This document shows, in pieces, positions 1-8,565 of a DNA stretch of 64,000 nt. The notes below the pieces were generated by a model, which saw only the letters and a program-made list of their open reading frames with translations, made no database searches and was not told where the DNA came from. The stretch lies in assembly GCA_965247925.1 (NCBI GenBank), contig CBDFIB010000004.1, positions 1,701,697 through 1,765,696 of the forward strand, given 5' to 3'. The DNA is from Dehalococcoidia bacterium. Lineage in GTDB: Bacteria; Chloroflexota; Dehalococcoidia; UBA2979. The position numbers and the translations under genes are program-made. Position 1 is the first letter of the stretch, and each line of letters opens with the position of its first letter.

Positions 1-2
1 GC

Positions 3-734
3 GGGCGCGGCGCGGCGGAGATCGCCGCCGAGGGCGAACTGGCGGCGGCGGCCGCGCGGGCGCTCGCCGCGGCGGCAGAGCGAGAGCCGAACGTCGCCAT
101 CGAGGTCGAGAAGCGCATACCGGCGGCGGCCGGGCTGGGCGGCGGCTCCTCGGACGCGGCGGCCGTGCTGCGCGGGCTCGCGCGGCTCTGGGAGCTCGAC
201 TGGCCGATCGAGCGGCTGGGGGAGGTCGCGGCCTCGGTCGGCTCGGACGTGCCGTTCTTCCTGCACGGGGGCACGGCGCGCTGCCGCGGGCTCGGCGAGA
301 TCGTGACGCCGCTGCGCGACCTGCGCACGCTGCGGCTGCTGCTGCTGCTGCCGCCCGTCCCGCAGGCCCCGGCGAAGACCGCGCGGCGCTTCGGCGCGCT
401 GCACCCGCACGACCTGACCGACGGCGCGCGCTCGGCGCGCATCGCGCACCGCGCCGAGCGCGACGCCCCGCCCCCGGCCCGCGATCTCTGGAACGCCTTC
501 GAGGCGGTGATCGAGCGCACGGAGTCGGAGCTGCTCGCGCACTACGCCGCCTACGCCTCCGCGCTCGGCGGCGCACCGCTGCACCTCACGGGCACCGGCC
601 CCGCCGTCTTCCTGCTGGTGCACGAGCGCGCCAGGATGACCGAGCTGCGGCGCGACCTCGAGCAGCACGGCGCCGAGGCGATTCAGGCGCGCACGCTCAA
701 GCGTGCCGAGGCGCTCGCCATCACGGAGGAGTAG
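3..734 (+). CDS. ispE: 4-diphosphocytidyl-2-C-methyl-D-erythritol kinase (5'-truncated by window edge)
   Basis: The frame is open from position 3. It contains the GHMP kinase motif EKRIPAAAGLGGGSSDAAAVL, plus VGSDVPFFL..G.A...G.GE and LTGTGPAVF. Confidence 0.92.
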   Translation, partial: GRGAAEIAAEGELAAAAARALAAAAEREPNVAIEVEKRIPAAAGLGGGSSDAAAVLRGLARLWELDWPIERLGEVAASVGSDVPFFLHGGTARCRGLGEIVTPLRDLRTLRLLLLLPPVPQAPAKTARRFGALHPHDLTDGARSARIAHRAERDAPPPARDLWNAFEAVIERTESELLAHYAAYASALGGAPLHLTGTGPAVFLLVHERARMTELRRDLEQHGAEAIQARTLKRAEALAITEE

Positions 735-1132
735 TGAGCAGCGAGGTCGAGGCCGGCCGCGCGCTCTTCGCGGGCTTCGTCTCGGGAGCGGCGGCGGCGT
801 TCGTGACGATCGCGATCGCGCTCTGGAGCATGAGCCGCAGCGCCCGCTGGCGGGAGCGCGCGGCGGGACTGAAGCGGCTGCCCGCGCCGCTGGTCGGCAT
901 CGTGCTGGTGAACGGCGCGCTGATCGGCTGGACGCTGCTCGGGCTGCTGCTCGGCGCGGCCTACCTGCAGGTGGGCGATCCGCTGCGTTTCGGGACGATC
1001 GTGCATGCGATCGCGCTGATCGCGGTCCTCGCGGCGGCGTTCGTGCTGCGGCGCCTGAGCGGCGCGATCTGGGCGACGGCGATCGTCGCCGCGGTCGCCT
1101 TCGGCATCCTGCTGCCCGCGCTCGCGGGCTGA
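734..1132 (+). CDS. Small integral membrane protein (about 4 hydrophobic helices), unknown function
   Basis: The GTG start overlaps the ispE stop (TAGTG), and the protein has four long hydrophobic segments. Confidence 0.7.
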   Translation: MSSEVEAGRALFAGFVSGAAAAFVTIAIALWSMSRSARWRERAAGLKRLPAPLVGIVLVNGALIGWTLLGLLLGAAYLQVGDPLRFGTIVHAIALIAVLAAAFVLRRLSGAIWATAIVAAVAFGILLPALAG

Positions 1133-1253
1133 GCAGAGCGATCGCGCGCCGCCGCGGGTGGTGCGGCGTATTCGGGCATCTCGTACCCTTGTGCCGGGAC
1201 CGCCGGCGGCGAGGCTGTCCGCGGGCCGCGACCGCAAGCTAAGGAGACGGACG

Positions 1254-1991
1254 CTGGAGCTGACGCCTGGACTGCAGCGCAGCGTGCTCGATATGCACGT
1301 CCACTCCGCGGTCGCATCCTCGGACAGCACGCTCAACCCGCACAAGCTGCCCGCGCTCGGCCGCGCGGCCGGGCTGACGGGCGCGAACATCTGCGAGCAC
1401 GACAAGATGTGGGAGCGGCACGCGCGCGCCGAGTACCGCGAGCAGCACACGGACTTCCTCGTCAACTTCGGGATGGAGATCTCGACCGACCTCGGGCACA
1501 TGCTCGTGATCGGCCTGCCCGCCTACGTCAGCGGGATCCGCCGCGCCGAGCAGCTGCGCGAGGAGCTCGACGCCGTCGGCGGCTTCCTGATCGTCGCGCA
1601 CCCCTTCCGCCACGTCTTCGACAGCGTGACGGCGATGCGCAAGGGCAGCGTGCGCTTCGAGCTGACCCCCGCCGAGGCGGCCCGCCTGCCGGTCTTCCAG
1701 CTCGCCGACGCGATCGAGATCGCCAACGGCTGCAATACGCCTCGCGAGAACTACTTCGCCTACGAGGTCGCTCGCGAACTCGGACTGCCGACCACCGGTG
1801 GCAGCGACGTGCACTCGGAGAGCGGCATCGGCTACTACGCGACCGGCTTCGGGCGCGAGCTGCAGACCGAAGCGGAGCTGCTCGAAGAGCTCCACGCCGG
1901 CCGCTTCGAGGCGATCGTGCGCTCCGCCGACGGAGACTTCGCGCGCTTCGAGCCGGGCGTCGTCGAGGCGGTGGCGGCGGCCCGCGGCTAG
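1254..1991 (+). CDS. PHP-domain metal-dependent phosphoesterase
   Basis: PHP motifs DMHVHS, ICEHD, GMEIST..GH, AHPF, IEIANG and GGSDVH are present. The start is uncertain: the ORF track begins at 1158, but AAGGAG (1241-1246) precedes an in-frame CTG at 1254. Confidence 0.85.
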   Translation: MELTPGLQRSVLDMHVHSAVASSDSTLNPHKLPALGRAAGLTGANICEHDKMWERHARAEYREQHTDFLVNFGMEISTDLGHMLVIGLPAYVSGIRRAEQLREELDAVGGFLIVAHPFRHVFDSVTAMRKGSVRFELTPAEAARLPVFQLADAIEIANGCNTPRENYFAYEVARELGLPTTGGSDVHSESGIGYYATGFGRELQTEAELLEELHAGRFEAIVRSADGDFARFEPGVVEAVAAARG

Positions 1992-2024
1992 CGATACTCC
2001 CCCGGAGAGGGCGGCGAAGGCGTC

Positions 2025-4859
2025 ATGCCGCGCAGTCCCGACGATCCGGCAGCACACGGCGGCGACGAGTACGTCGCGGTCGACCTCGAAACGACGGGTC
2101 TGGACACGGCGGCGGATCGCATCATCGAGATCGGCGCGGTGCGCTTCGGCGCCGAGGGGCCGCGCGAGCGCTTCCGCACCTTCGTCAGCCCCGGCCGGCC
2201 GCTGCCGCCCGCGATCCGCATGCTCACGAAGATCGAGGACGCCGACCTCGTCGGCGCCCCGCCGCCATCGCTCGCGATGCATGAGTTCGCCGCCTTCGCG
2301 CGCGGCCTCCCGCTGGTCGCGCACAACGCGCCGTTCGACCTCGGATTCCTCGCCGAGGCGGGGTTGCAGCCGCAGGCGCCCGCCTTCGACAGCTACGAGC
2401 TCGCCTCGGTGCTGCTGCCGACCGCGACGCGGCTCGACCTGAGCTCGCTCGCCGGCTCGCTGGGCGTCGAGATCAGCGAGGCGCATCGCGCGCTCGCCGA
2501 CGCGGAGGCGACGGCCGAGGTGTTCCTGCGGCTGCTCGAACGCCTCGAGCGGTTGCCGGGGGCGACGCTGCGCGACCTCGTGCGGCTCGCCGAGCAGTCC
2601 GCGTGGAGCCTCGCGCCGCTGTTTGCCGGAGCGCTCGACCGGCGGGGGATCGGGGCGGCGAGCGATGCCCTCGCGCCCGGCGCGCTGGCGCGTGAAGCGC
2701 AGGCCTTGCCGCCGCCGCTGCGCCCGCTGCCGGAGTTCACGCCACTGGACGAGGACGAGGTCGAGGCGCGCTTCGCCGAGGCGCGCCGTCGCGCCGACCT
2801 GCTCCCCGGCTTCGAGGCGCGCGAGGGCCAGATCGCGATGGCGCGCGCGGTCACGGCCAACATCGGGCACGACGGCCAGCTCGCCGTCGAGGCGGGGACG
2901 GGTACCGGCAAGTCGCTCGCCTACCTCGTGCCGGCGCTCTCGCACGCGCTGCGCAGCGACGAGCGTGTCGTGATCTCGACGCACACGCTGAACCTGCAGG
3001 AGCAGCTCGCCGAGCGCGAAATGCCGGCGGCGGCGGCGCTGGCCGAGTCGGCGGCGGGCGCGCGGCCGGGCTCGCTGCGGACGGCAGTGCTGAAGGGGCG
3101 CGGCAACTACCTCTGCCTCGAGCGCTGGTCGCAGGCGATCGAGTCCGAGGAGCCGCGCAGCGCCGGTCAGGCGCGCGTGCTCGCCCGCATCGCCGTCTGG
3201 CTGGGCGAGACGGAGCGCGGCGACCGCGCCGAGCTGTACCTGCGCGGCGACGAGTGGCCGCACTGGCGCGCCCTCGCGGCCGACACGAACGACTGCCTCC
3301 AGCGGCGCTGCACGTTCGTGCGCGAGGGCAGCTGCTTCCTCCAGCGGGCGCGCGCGGAGGCGGCCGCGGCCCACGTGCTCGTCGTGAACCACGCGCTGCT
3401 GCTCGTCAACGCGACGGGCGGCGACCAGCTGCTGCCGCCCTTCCGCCACCTCGTCGTCGACGAGGTGCACCGCCTCGAGGGCGTCGCGACGAGCCAGTTC
3501 GGCGACTCCGTCGCGCTGCACGAGATCGCGCAGTTGCTGGACGAAGTGACGACCGGCGGCGGATCGCTCGCGGCCTCGCTGCGCGGCGCGGCCCGGCTCG
3601 ACCCGATGCCGCTCTCGCCCGCCGCCGGCCTCGCGCACCTCGCGGACGAGATCGCCTCGGCGGCGGTGCTGGCCCGCGCGCGGCTCCCGGACCTCGAGGC
3701 GGCGATCACCGGCTACGTCGAGGAGTTCGCGGACCGCGCCCGCGGGTCGCAACTGCAGATCACGCCGGGGCGGCGGGCGCAGCCGCTCTGGGGGGATGTC
3801 GAGGACGGGGCGCTGCACCTCGAACTCGCGCTCGACCAGCTGGCGCGGCGTCTGCTGCATGCGCAGTCGATGGTCGACTCGCTGCCCGCGGACGGGGCGC
3901 CGGCGCTCGCCACGCTGCGCGCCGCGCTCGCGAGGGCCGCCGAGACGGCGGCGGGGCAGGCGGCGACGCTGCGCGATGCGCTCCAGCGCGCCGATCCGGG
4001 GCGGATCGTCTGGCTCGACAGCAGCGGTCGCAGTCCGCGCGTGCGCACGGCCCCGCTCGACGTCGCCGACCGCCTTGAGGACGAACTGTGGGCGCGGCGC
4101 GACTCGGTGCTCGTCACCAGCGCGACGCTCACGGCGCAGCAGCGCTTCGACTTCAGCCTGCGGCGCATCGGGCTGCCCGACGCCGACGTCCTCGATGTCG
4201 GCTCGCCGTTCGACTACCGGCGCGCGGTGCTCACGCTGGTCGTCGACGATCTGCCGCCGCCGGACGCTCCGGACTACGAGGCGGCGGCGCAGTGGGTGCT
4301 GGCGGAGGCGGCGCGCGCGGCGGGCGGGCGCACGCTGGCGCTCTTCACCTCGCACGGCGCGATCCGCTCCGCCGCGGCCGCGCTGCGCGGCCCGTTGGCC
4401 AACGACGGCATCGGCGTGCTCGCGCACGATCTCGACGGCGGCCCGGCGCGACTGCTGCGTGCCCTCGCGGAGCGCCCTCGTTCGCTGGTGCTCGGCACCG
4501 CCGCGTTCTGGGAGGGCGTCGACGTGCCCGGCCCGGCGCTCTCGCAGCTCGTGCTCGCGCGCCTGCCCTTCCCCGTGCCGACCGATCCCGTCCACGCCGC
4601 CCGCGCCGCGCTCCACGAGGATTCGTTCGGCGAGTACATGCTGCCGCAGGCGGTGCTGCGCTTCCGCCAGGGCTTCGGCCGCCTGATCCGTGGCCCGCAC
4701 GACCGAGGCGTCTTCCTGATCCTCGACCGGCGCGTCAGCGCGCGCGCCTACGGCGAGGCCTTCCTCGATGCGCTGCCGGAGTGCGAGCAGCGCAAGCTCG
4801 GTGCGAACGAGGTCCCCGCGGCCGTCGCTGCGTGGCTCGGCGAGGCGCCCCGTGCCTGA
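2025..4859 (+). CDS. dinG: DinG-family helicase with N-terminal DnaQ-like 3'-5' exonuclease domain
   Basis: The DEDDh exonuclease motifs are VDLETTG, AHNAPFD and HRALADA. The helicase motifs are EAGTGTGKS, KGRGNYLC, VVDEVH, TSATL, FWEGVDVPG and QGFGRLIR. Confidence 0.92.
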   Translation: MPRSPDDPAAHGGDEYVAVDLETTGLDTAADRIIEIGAVRFGAEGPRERFRTFVSPGRPLPPAIRMLTKIEDADLVGAPPPSLAMHEFAAFARGLPLVAHNAPFDLGFLAEAGLQPQAPAFDSYELASVLLPTATRLDLSSLAGSLGVEISEAHRALADAEATAEVFLRLLERLERLPGATLRDLVRLAEQSAWSLAPLFAGALDRRGIGAASDALAPGALAREAQALPPPLRPLPEFTPLDEDEVEARFAEARRRADLLPGFEAREGQIAMARAVTANIGHDGQLAVEAGTGTGKSLAYLVPALSHALRSDERVVISTHTLNLQEQLAEREMPAAAALAESAAGARPGSLRTAVLKGRGNYLCLERWSQAIESEEPRSAGQARVLARIAVWLGETERGDRAELYLRGDEWPHWRALAADTNDCLQRRCTFVREGSCFLQRARAEAAAAHVLVVNHALLLVNATGGDQLLPPFRHLVVDEVHRLEGVATSQFGDSVALHEIAQLLDEVTTGGGSLAASLRGAARLDPMPLSPAAGLAHLADEIASAAVLARARLPDLEAAITGYVEEFADRARGSQLQITPGRRAQPLWGDVEDGALHLELALDQLARRLLHAQSMVDSLPADGAPALATLRAALARAAETAAGQAATLRDALQRADPGRIVWLDSSGRSPRVRTAPLDVADRLEDELWARRDSVLVTSATLTAQQRFDFSLRRIGLPDADVLDVGSPFDYRRAVLTLVVDDLPPPDAPDYEAAAQWVLAEAARAAGGRTLALFTSHGAIRSAAAALRGPLANDGIGVLAHDLDGGPARLLRALAERPRSLVLGTAAFWEGVDVPGPALSQLVLARLPFPVPTDPVHAARAALHEDSFGEYMLPQAVLRFRQGFGRLIRGPHDRGVFLILDRRVSARAYGEAFLDALPECEQRKLGANEVPAAVAAWLGEAPRA

Positions 4860-5331
4860 GCCGCGCAGCGAGCAGGCGCGATCGCGCCTCTGGGCGCGCG
4901 GCGAGGGCGTCGTGCTGATCGCAGCGGACGCGCCGCCGGACGACGAGGGCGTCGCGCAGGCGATCCGCGAGGGCATCGCCCGGGGCTACCGGGGGTCGGT
5001 CGAGCCGCCGCTGCCGGAAGCACGCCTCTACCACGTGCGCTCCGAGGGCGAGACCGTCGGGGTGCTGGGCATCGCGCCCGGACCGGGAGCGCGCACCGTG
5101 ACGTTCTCCGGCGTCGCAATCGCCCCCGATCGCCGTGGGCGCTCGACCGCCGCGCGCGCCGTGCGGGTCGCGGAGCGGCGGCTGCGCCGCGAGGGCGTGC
5201 GCACGTTTTACGGGCGCGCGCCGCGCGGCAACGGGCGGGGGCTCTACTTCTGGCTGCGCGCCGGATACGCCCCGCTGCGCTCGCTCCGCCCCGAGGACGA
5301 CGCGACCTGGTTCCGGCTGCCTACTCCGTAG
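4852..5331 (+). CDS. GNAT-family N-acetyltransferase
   Basis: The GTG start overlaps the 3' end of dinG. It has the acetyl-CoA motif VAIAPDRRGRSTA and a C-terminal GLYFWLRAGY. Confidence 0.7.
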   Translation: MPEPRSEQARSRLWARGEGVVLIAADAPPDDEGVAQAIREGIARGYRGSVEPPLPEARLYHVRSEGETVGVLGIAPGPGARTVTFSGVAIAPDRRGRSTAARAVRVAERRLRREGVRTFYGRAPRGNGRGLYFWLRAGYAPLRSLRPEDDATWFRLPTP

Positions 5332-5653
5332 CCTCGTCGGCGCGCTCTCCCCGGCACTCCGCGCTCGCCGCGCTACGCTGCCGCGCGGCCTGACGGGCAT
5401 CGAGGTAGCGCCGCGCGCCGCGGCGGTACCAGACGGCGAACAGCACGGCGCTGAGCAGCGCGGCGGCGATGTCCAGCACCGGCAGTGCGTCCGCCGGCAC
5501 GAACGTGGCGAAGCGCCCGATCCAGTAGCCGACGAGCAGCGTGAGCGCGACGCCGAGGCGGCTCCTGCGGCCGGTCGGGCGCGGCGCGATGGCAGCGGGC
5601 GGCGACGGCGCCTCGCTGCGCCGGGGGCGGAAGCGGCGGCGGCGCGACGCCAC
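5321..5653 (-). CDS. Small basic membrane protein (2 transmembrane helices), unknown function
   Basis: It has two hydrophobic helices flanked by Arg-rich segments and starts 6 nt after the stop of the upstream minus-strand gene. Confidence 0.55.
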   Translation of the reverse strand: MASRRRRFRPRRSEAPSPPAAIAPRPTGRRSRLGVALTLLVGYWIGRFATFVPADALPVLDIAAALLSAVLFAVWYRRGARRYLDARQAARQRSAASAECRGERADEATE

Positions 5654-5659
5654 CGCGCG

Positions 5660-6088
5660 CTAGGGGCCGTCGATGCGGCGGAAGCGGCGACGCTTCCCGC
5701 GCGCGGGCGCCGCGGCGGGCGGAGGCGCGCCGACCGCGGGCGGGGCCGCCGGAGCAGGCGGGGCCATCGGCGGCACGGGCGGAGACGCGGCAATCGTGCC
5801 CGCGTGCGCGCCGGGAGGGGCCCCCAGCGGGTCGAAGCCGGCAGGGGGCGCCTGGAAGCCCTGGGTCTGTATGGTCCCGCGGATCAAGTCGAGGCAGCGG
5901 TTGCAGAAGAACTGCAGCACCGGCTCGTCGCAGTCGCCGACCCAGACATCGCCGCAGTCGATGCCCGGGATGTCGTTGCGCGGGTTGAGGTGGAAGAGCA
6001 CGCCGCAGTTGCTGCAATCGGAGAGCAGCCCCGGGTTGCTGACGGTCACCTCGCAGATCTCGCAGGTGTCGGTGTTGGCGGCGGTCAT
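5660..6088 (-). CDS. Cys/His-rich putative zinc-finger protein (PHD-finger-like C4-H-C3 pattern) with Pro/Ala-rich and basic tail
   Basis: ATG at 6088 follows an AGGAGG RBS. The pattern is CEIC-x12-CSNC-x4-H-x11-C-x16-CNRC. Confidence 0.7.
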   Translation of the reverse strand: MTAANTDTCEICEVTVSNPGLLSDCSNCGVLFHLNPRNDIPGIDCGDVWVGDCDEPVLQFFCNRCLDLIRGTIQTQGFQAPPAGFDPLGAPPGAHAGTIAASPPVPPMAPPAPAAPPAVGAPPPAAAPARGKRRRFRRIDGP

Positions 6089-6128
6089 CGCTCGCGTGCC
6101 TCCTTGTGCGTCGCTGTTCGGGTAGCCG

Positions 6129-6416
6129 TTAGCGGACGGCCGAGCGCCAGGGGCCGCCCGTGGCGGCATCCGCCTCGTAGCGCTCGATGCAGGGGTCGCA
6201 ACTGAAGCTGAACCCGCAGAACTGGCCGAACGTCGCCGCGCCGCAGCTGCGGCCCAGCTCTTCGCGGCTGAGGTCGATGTGGAAGACCGCGCCGCATTCG
6301 GCGCAATCGGCCATCTCCTTTGGAGGTCCCTGCAGGCCGCAGACGGCGCAGTCCACCAGGGCGGGAGCCGCCGTGGCTGCGTCCGCTGGCTGGCGCCGGG
6401 CGGGCAGCGTGCTCAT
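6129..6416 (-). CDS. Cys/His-rich putative zinc-finger protein, paralog of 5660-6088
   Basis: ATG at 6416 follows GGAGG. The pattern is CAVC-x11-CAEC-x4-H-x11-C-x14-CDPC. The start overlaps (ATGA) the stop of the full-length cca frame. Confidence 0.72.
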   Translation of the reverse strand: MSTLPARRQPADAATAAPALVDCAVCGLQGPPKEMADCAECGAVFHIDLSREELGRSCGAATFGQFCGFSFSCDPCIERYEADAATGGPWRSAVR

Positions 6417-7642
6417 CGTTCCTCCGTCTCGGCGGTGCTGCGCGGGCCGGCGCGTACTGCGCGGCGCGCGCTCGCCGCGTCTCTCAGAGTGCCGAGATAA
6501 GGCTCGCGACGCAAGCGCTCGAGCCACTCGCCGAGGGCGGGACCGGGCTCGACGCCCAGCCGCAGCAGCGCCCGGGCGTCCAGCGGCGGCCGCGTGCGCT
6601 CCCAGCGGCGCAGATCTCGCTACAGCAGCAGCTGGCCCGCGGGGTCGAGCCAGCGGGCGGCGAGGCGCGCCTCGCCGGAGACTCCCTCGAGCGCCGCGAG
6701 GGTGTCCGGCGTGCGCTCGCGGGCGGTGATCAGGCGCGCCGTCTCGTCCACCGCACGGCGGGCGGATCGCGGGGCCGTCAGCCGGTCGGCGATCGCGTCG
6801 CGCCCGGCCAGCGGGGCAGTCAGCAAGGCGAACAGCAGCGAGGGGGGATGTGGGCCCGGCCGCCGGGCGAGCGCGCGCGACGCCTCGGGCGGGAGCGACC
6901 ACGCCGGATGCGCGCCACGCAGCACGCCCCAGGTGTCGAGCAGCCGGAGCGTCGCGCCGACGCGGCGGGCGGCGGCGGTGCGCTCGAACTCCGCCCAGAG
7001 GCGGCGGCCGGAGATGCGCGCGATCCAGCGCGGGGCGTCCTCGATCCAGCGCGCCGTCTCAGGCTCGGGCCGCAGCCCGAGCGCGGTGGCATAGCGCGCG
7101 CCGCGCCAGAGCCGCGTGGCGTCGTCGCGAAAGCTCCCCGCGTGCAGCGCGCGCAGCCGCCGCGCGGCCAGGTCATCGAGGCCGCCGAACGGGTCCAGCA
7201 GCTCACCGCGACGCGGACCGGCCACGCCGAGCGCCACGGCGTTCACGCTGAAGTCGCGCCGCCCGAGGTCCTCCTCGATCGTCGCGCCGCTGCGCACCTC
7301 GGGCAGCGCGCCGGGCCGCGCGTAGCGCTCGCTGCGCAGCTCGGCGAGGTCGATCCGCCGCCCGCGCAGCTCGATGCGCGCAGTGGCGAAGCGCGGCTCG
7401 CGATGCACGATGGGGGCCTCGCGGCTGCCGTTGTGCAGCCGGGCCGCCGTCGCGGCGGCGAGGGTGGCGGAGCTCTCGCCGCAGGCGAGATCCAGCTCTG
7501 CCGGCTCGATCCCTGCGGCGAGATCGCGGATCGCGCCTCCCACAGCCCACAGTTCGACGCCCAGGTCCGTTGCCGCGTCGCATGCGGCGTCGAGCAGTAC
7601 GAGCGCATCAGGGGGCAGCACGCGGCGCAGCCGCGAGAGCAT
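6413..7642 (-). CDS. cca: tRNA nucleotidyltransferase (CCA/A-adding, class II) with an in-frame TAG at 6620-6622
   Basis: Motifs AVGGAIRD, ELDL, EDLGRRDFSVNA, LLDPFGGLDDL and SFRDDATR are present. After the TAG the same frame continues with a typical tail (PPLDARALLRLGVEPGPALGEWLERLR) to TGA at 6413-6415. Confidence 0.85.
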
Positions 7643-7668
7643 AGGACGTATAAGCGGGTAATCTATTC

Positions 7669-7698
7669 TTGACACAGCGAAGTACCCGCTCCTAGGAT
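7669..7698 (+). promoter_or_regulatory. Sigma70-type promoter for the rnc-smc-ftsY operon
   Basis: TTGACA (7669-7674), an 18-nt spacer and TAGGAT (7693-7698) lie in an AT-rich divergent intergenic region. The -35 is flanked by the inverted repeat AGCGGGTA/TACCCGCT. Confidence 0.6.
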
Positions 7699-7807
7699 GA
7701 ATGAGTGCGCGGGGCGAACCCCAGCCCGTCTCGTGTTTCGAGCGGCTGGGTCTCCGGACGGTAACGTACGTGGTCGCGGATCACGTGCGCCCGGAAGGGT
7801 TTGTCGC

Positions 7808-8560
7808 TTGGTCTGCGCGCCCTGTGCTCTCCACGACGTCCAGCTCGCCCTCGGCATCCAGTTCGCCGACGAGGCGTTGCTTCGCCTTGCCCTGACCCAT
7901 TCCTCCTACACCAACGAGCACGAGGGCGCCGACGGCTCCTTCGAGCGGCTCGAATTCCTCGGCGACGCGGTGCTCGGCATGGTCATCGCGGAGCGCCTCT
8001 ACGAGCGCTTCCCCGAGGTCGAAGAGGGCACGCTCACGCTCTGGCGCGCGCACATCGTGCAGGGTCCGACGCTGTCGCAGGCGGCGAAGCGTCTCGGCCT
8101 CGGACGCTGGCTGCTACTCGGCCGCGGCGAGGAGACGACCGGCGGACGCGACCGCCCCGGGAACCTCGCCGACGCCTACGAGGCGCTGGTCGGCGCGCTC
8201 AAGCTGGACCGCGGACCGGACGGCGAACTCGAGGGCGCCCGGCGCTTCATCGAGCGCACACTGGCGCCGGAACTGGAAGCGTTGCAGACTGACCCCGCCG
8301 AACTGAACACCAAGGGCGCGCTCCAGCAATTCTGCGAGGGGCGTTTCCCCCGCCCTCAGTACGTGACCGTCGATGAGCGTGGGCCAGAGCACGCGCGCGA
8401 GTTCTCGGTCGAAGTACGAATCGACGGCGAGGCCATGGGCCGGGGGAACGGGCACACGAAACAGCAGGCGGAGAAGGAAGCGGCCCGCGAGGCCTTGATG
8501 CGACTGCGCGCCCAGGCGCCGCAGCCGGGCGAATGCGCGCCCGCGGAACAGGCGGGCTAG
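7808..8560 (+). CDS. rnc: Ribonuclease III
   Basis: It contains ALTHSSY, the signature ERLEFLGDAVL, ADAYEALVGA and a C-terminal dsRBD (KGALQQF...GPEHAREF...KQQAEKEAA). The start is uncertain; TTG at 7808 follows GGAAGGG. Confidence 0.93.
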   Translation: MVCAPCALHDVQLALGIQFADEALLRLALTHSSYTNEHEGADGSFERLEFLGDAVLGMVIAERLYERFPEVEEGTLTLWRAHIVQGPTLSQAAKRLGLGRWLLLGRGEETTGGRDRPGNLADAYEALVGALKLDRGPDGELEGARRFIERTLAPELEALQTDPAELNTKGALQQFCEGRFPRPQYVTVDERGPEHAREFSVEVRIDGEAMGRGNGHTKQQAEKEAAREALMRLRAQAPQPGECAPAEQAG

Positions 8561-8565
8561 CCCCG

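Noticed and set aside
1239-4976. Very long antisense and alternate-frame ORFs (e.g. 1239-4976, 15894-18623, 26895-29429, 49638-52319 on the minus strand)
   Set aside because: They are shadow ORFs expected at this GC content. They are Arg/Ala/Gly-rich, have no motifs, and lie opposite well-supported genes.
6620-6622. Genome-wide amber reassignment or pyrrolysine as the explanation for the TAG in cca
   Set aside because: Many clear genes here end in TAG at their expected C-termini (ispE, rnc, ftsY, mutL, sodN), and no pyl genes are in the window.
7700-7800. SRP RNA or another housekeeping ncRNA near ftsY (contains CCGGAAGG)
   Set aside because: The conserved SRP domain IV context (CAGG...GGAAGCAGC) is missing, so it was treated as a structured rnc leader instead.
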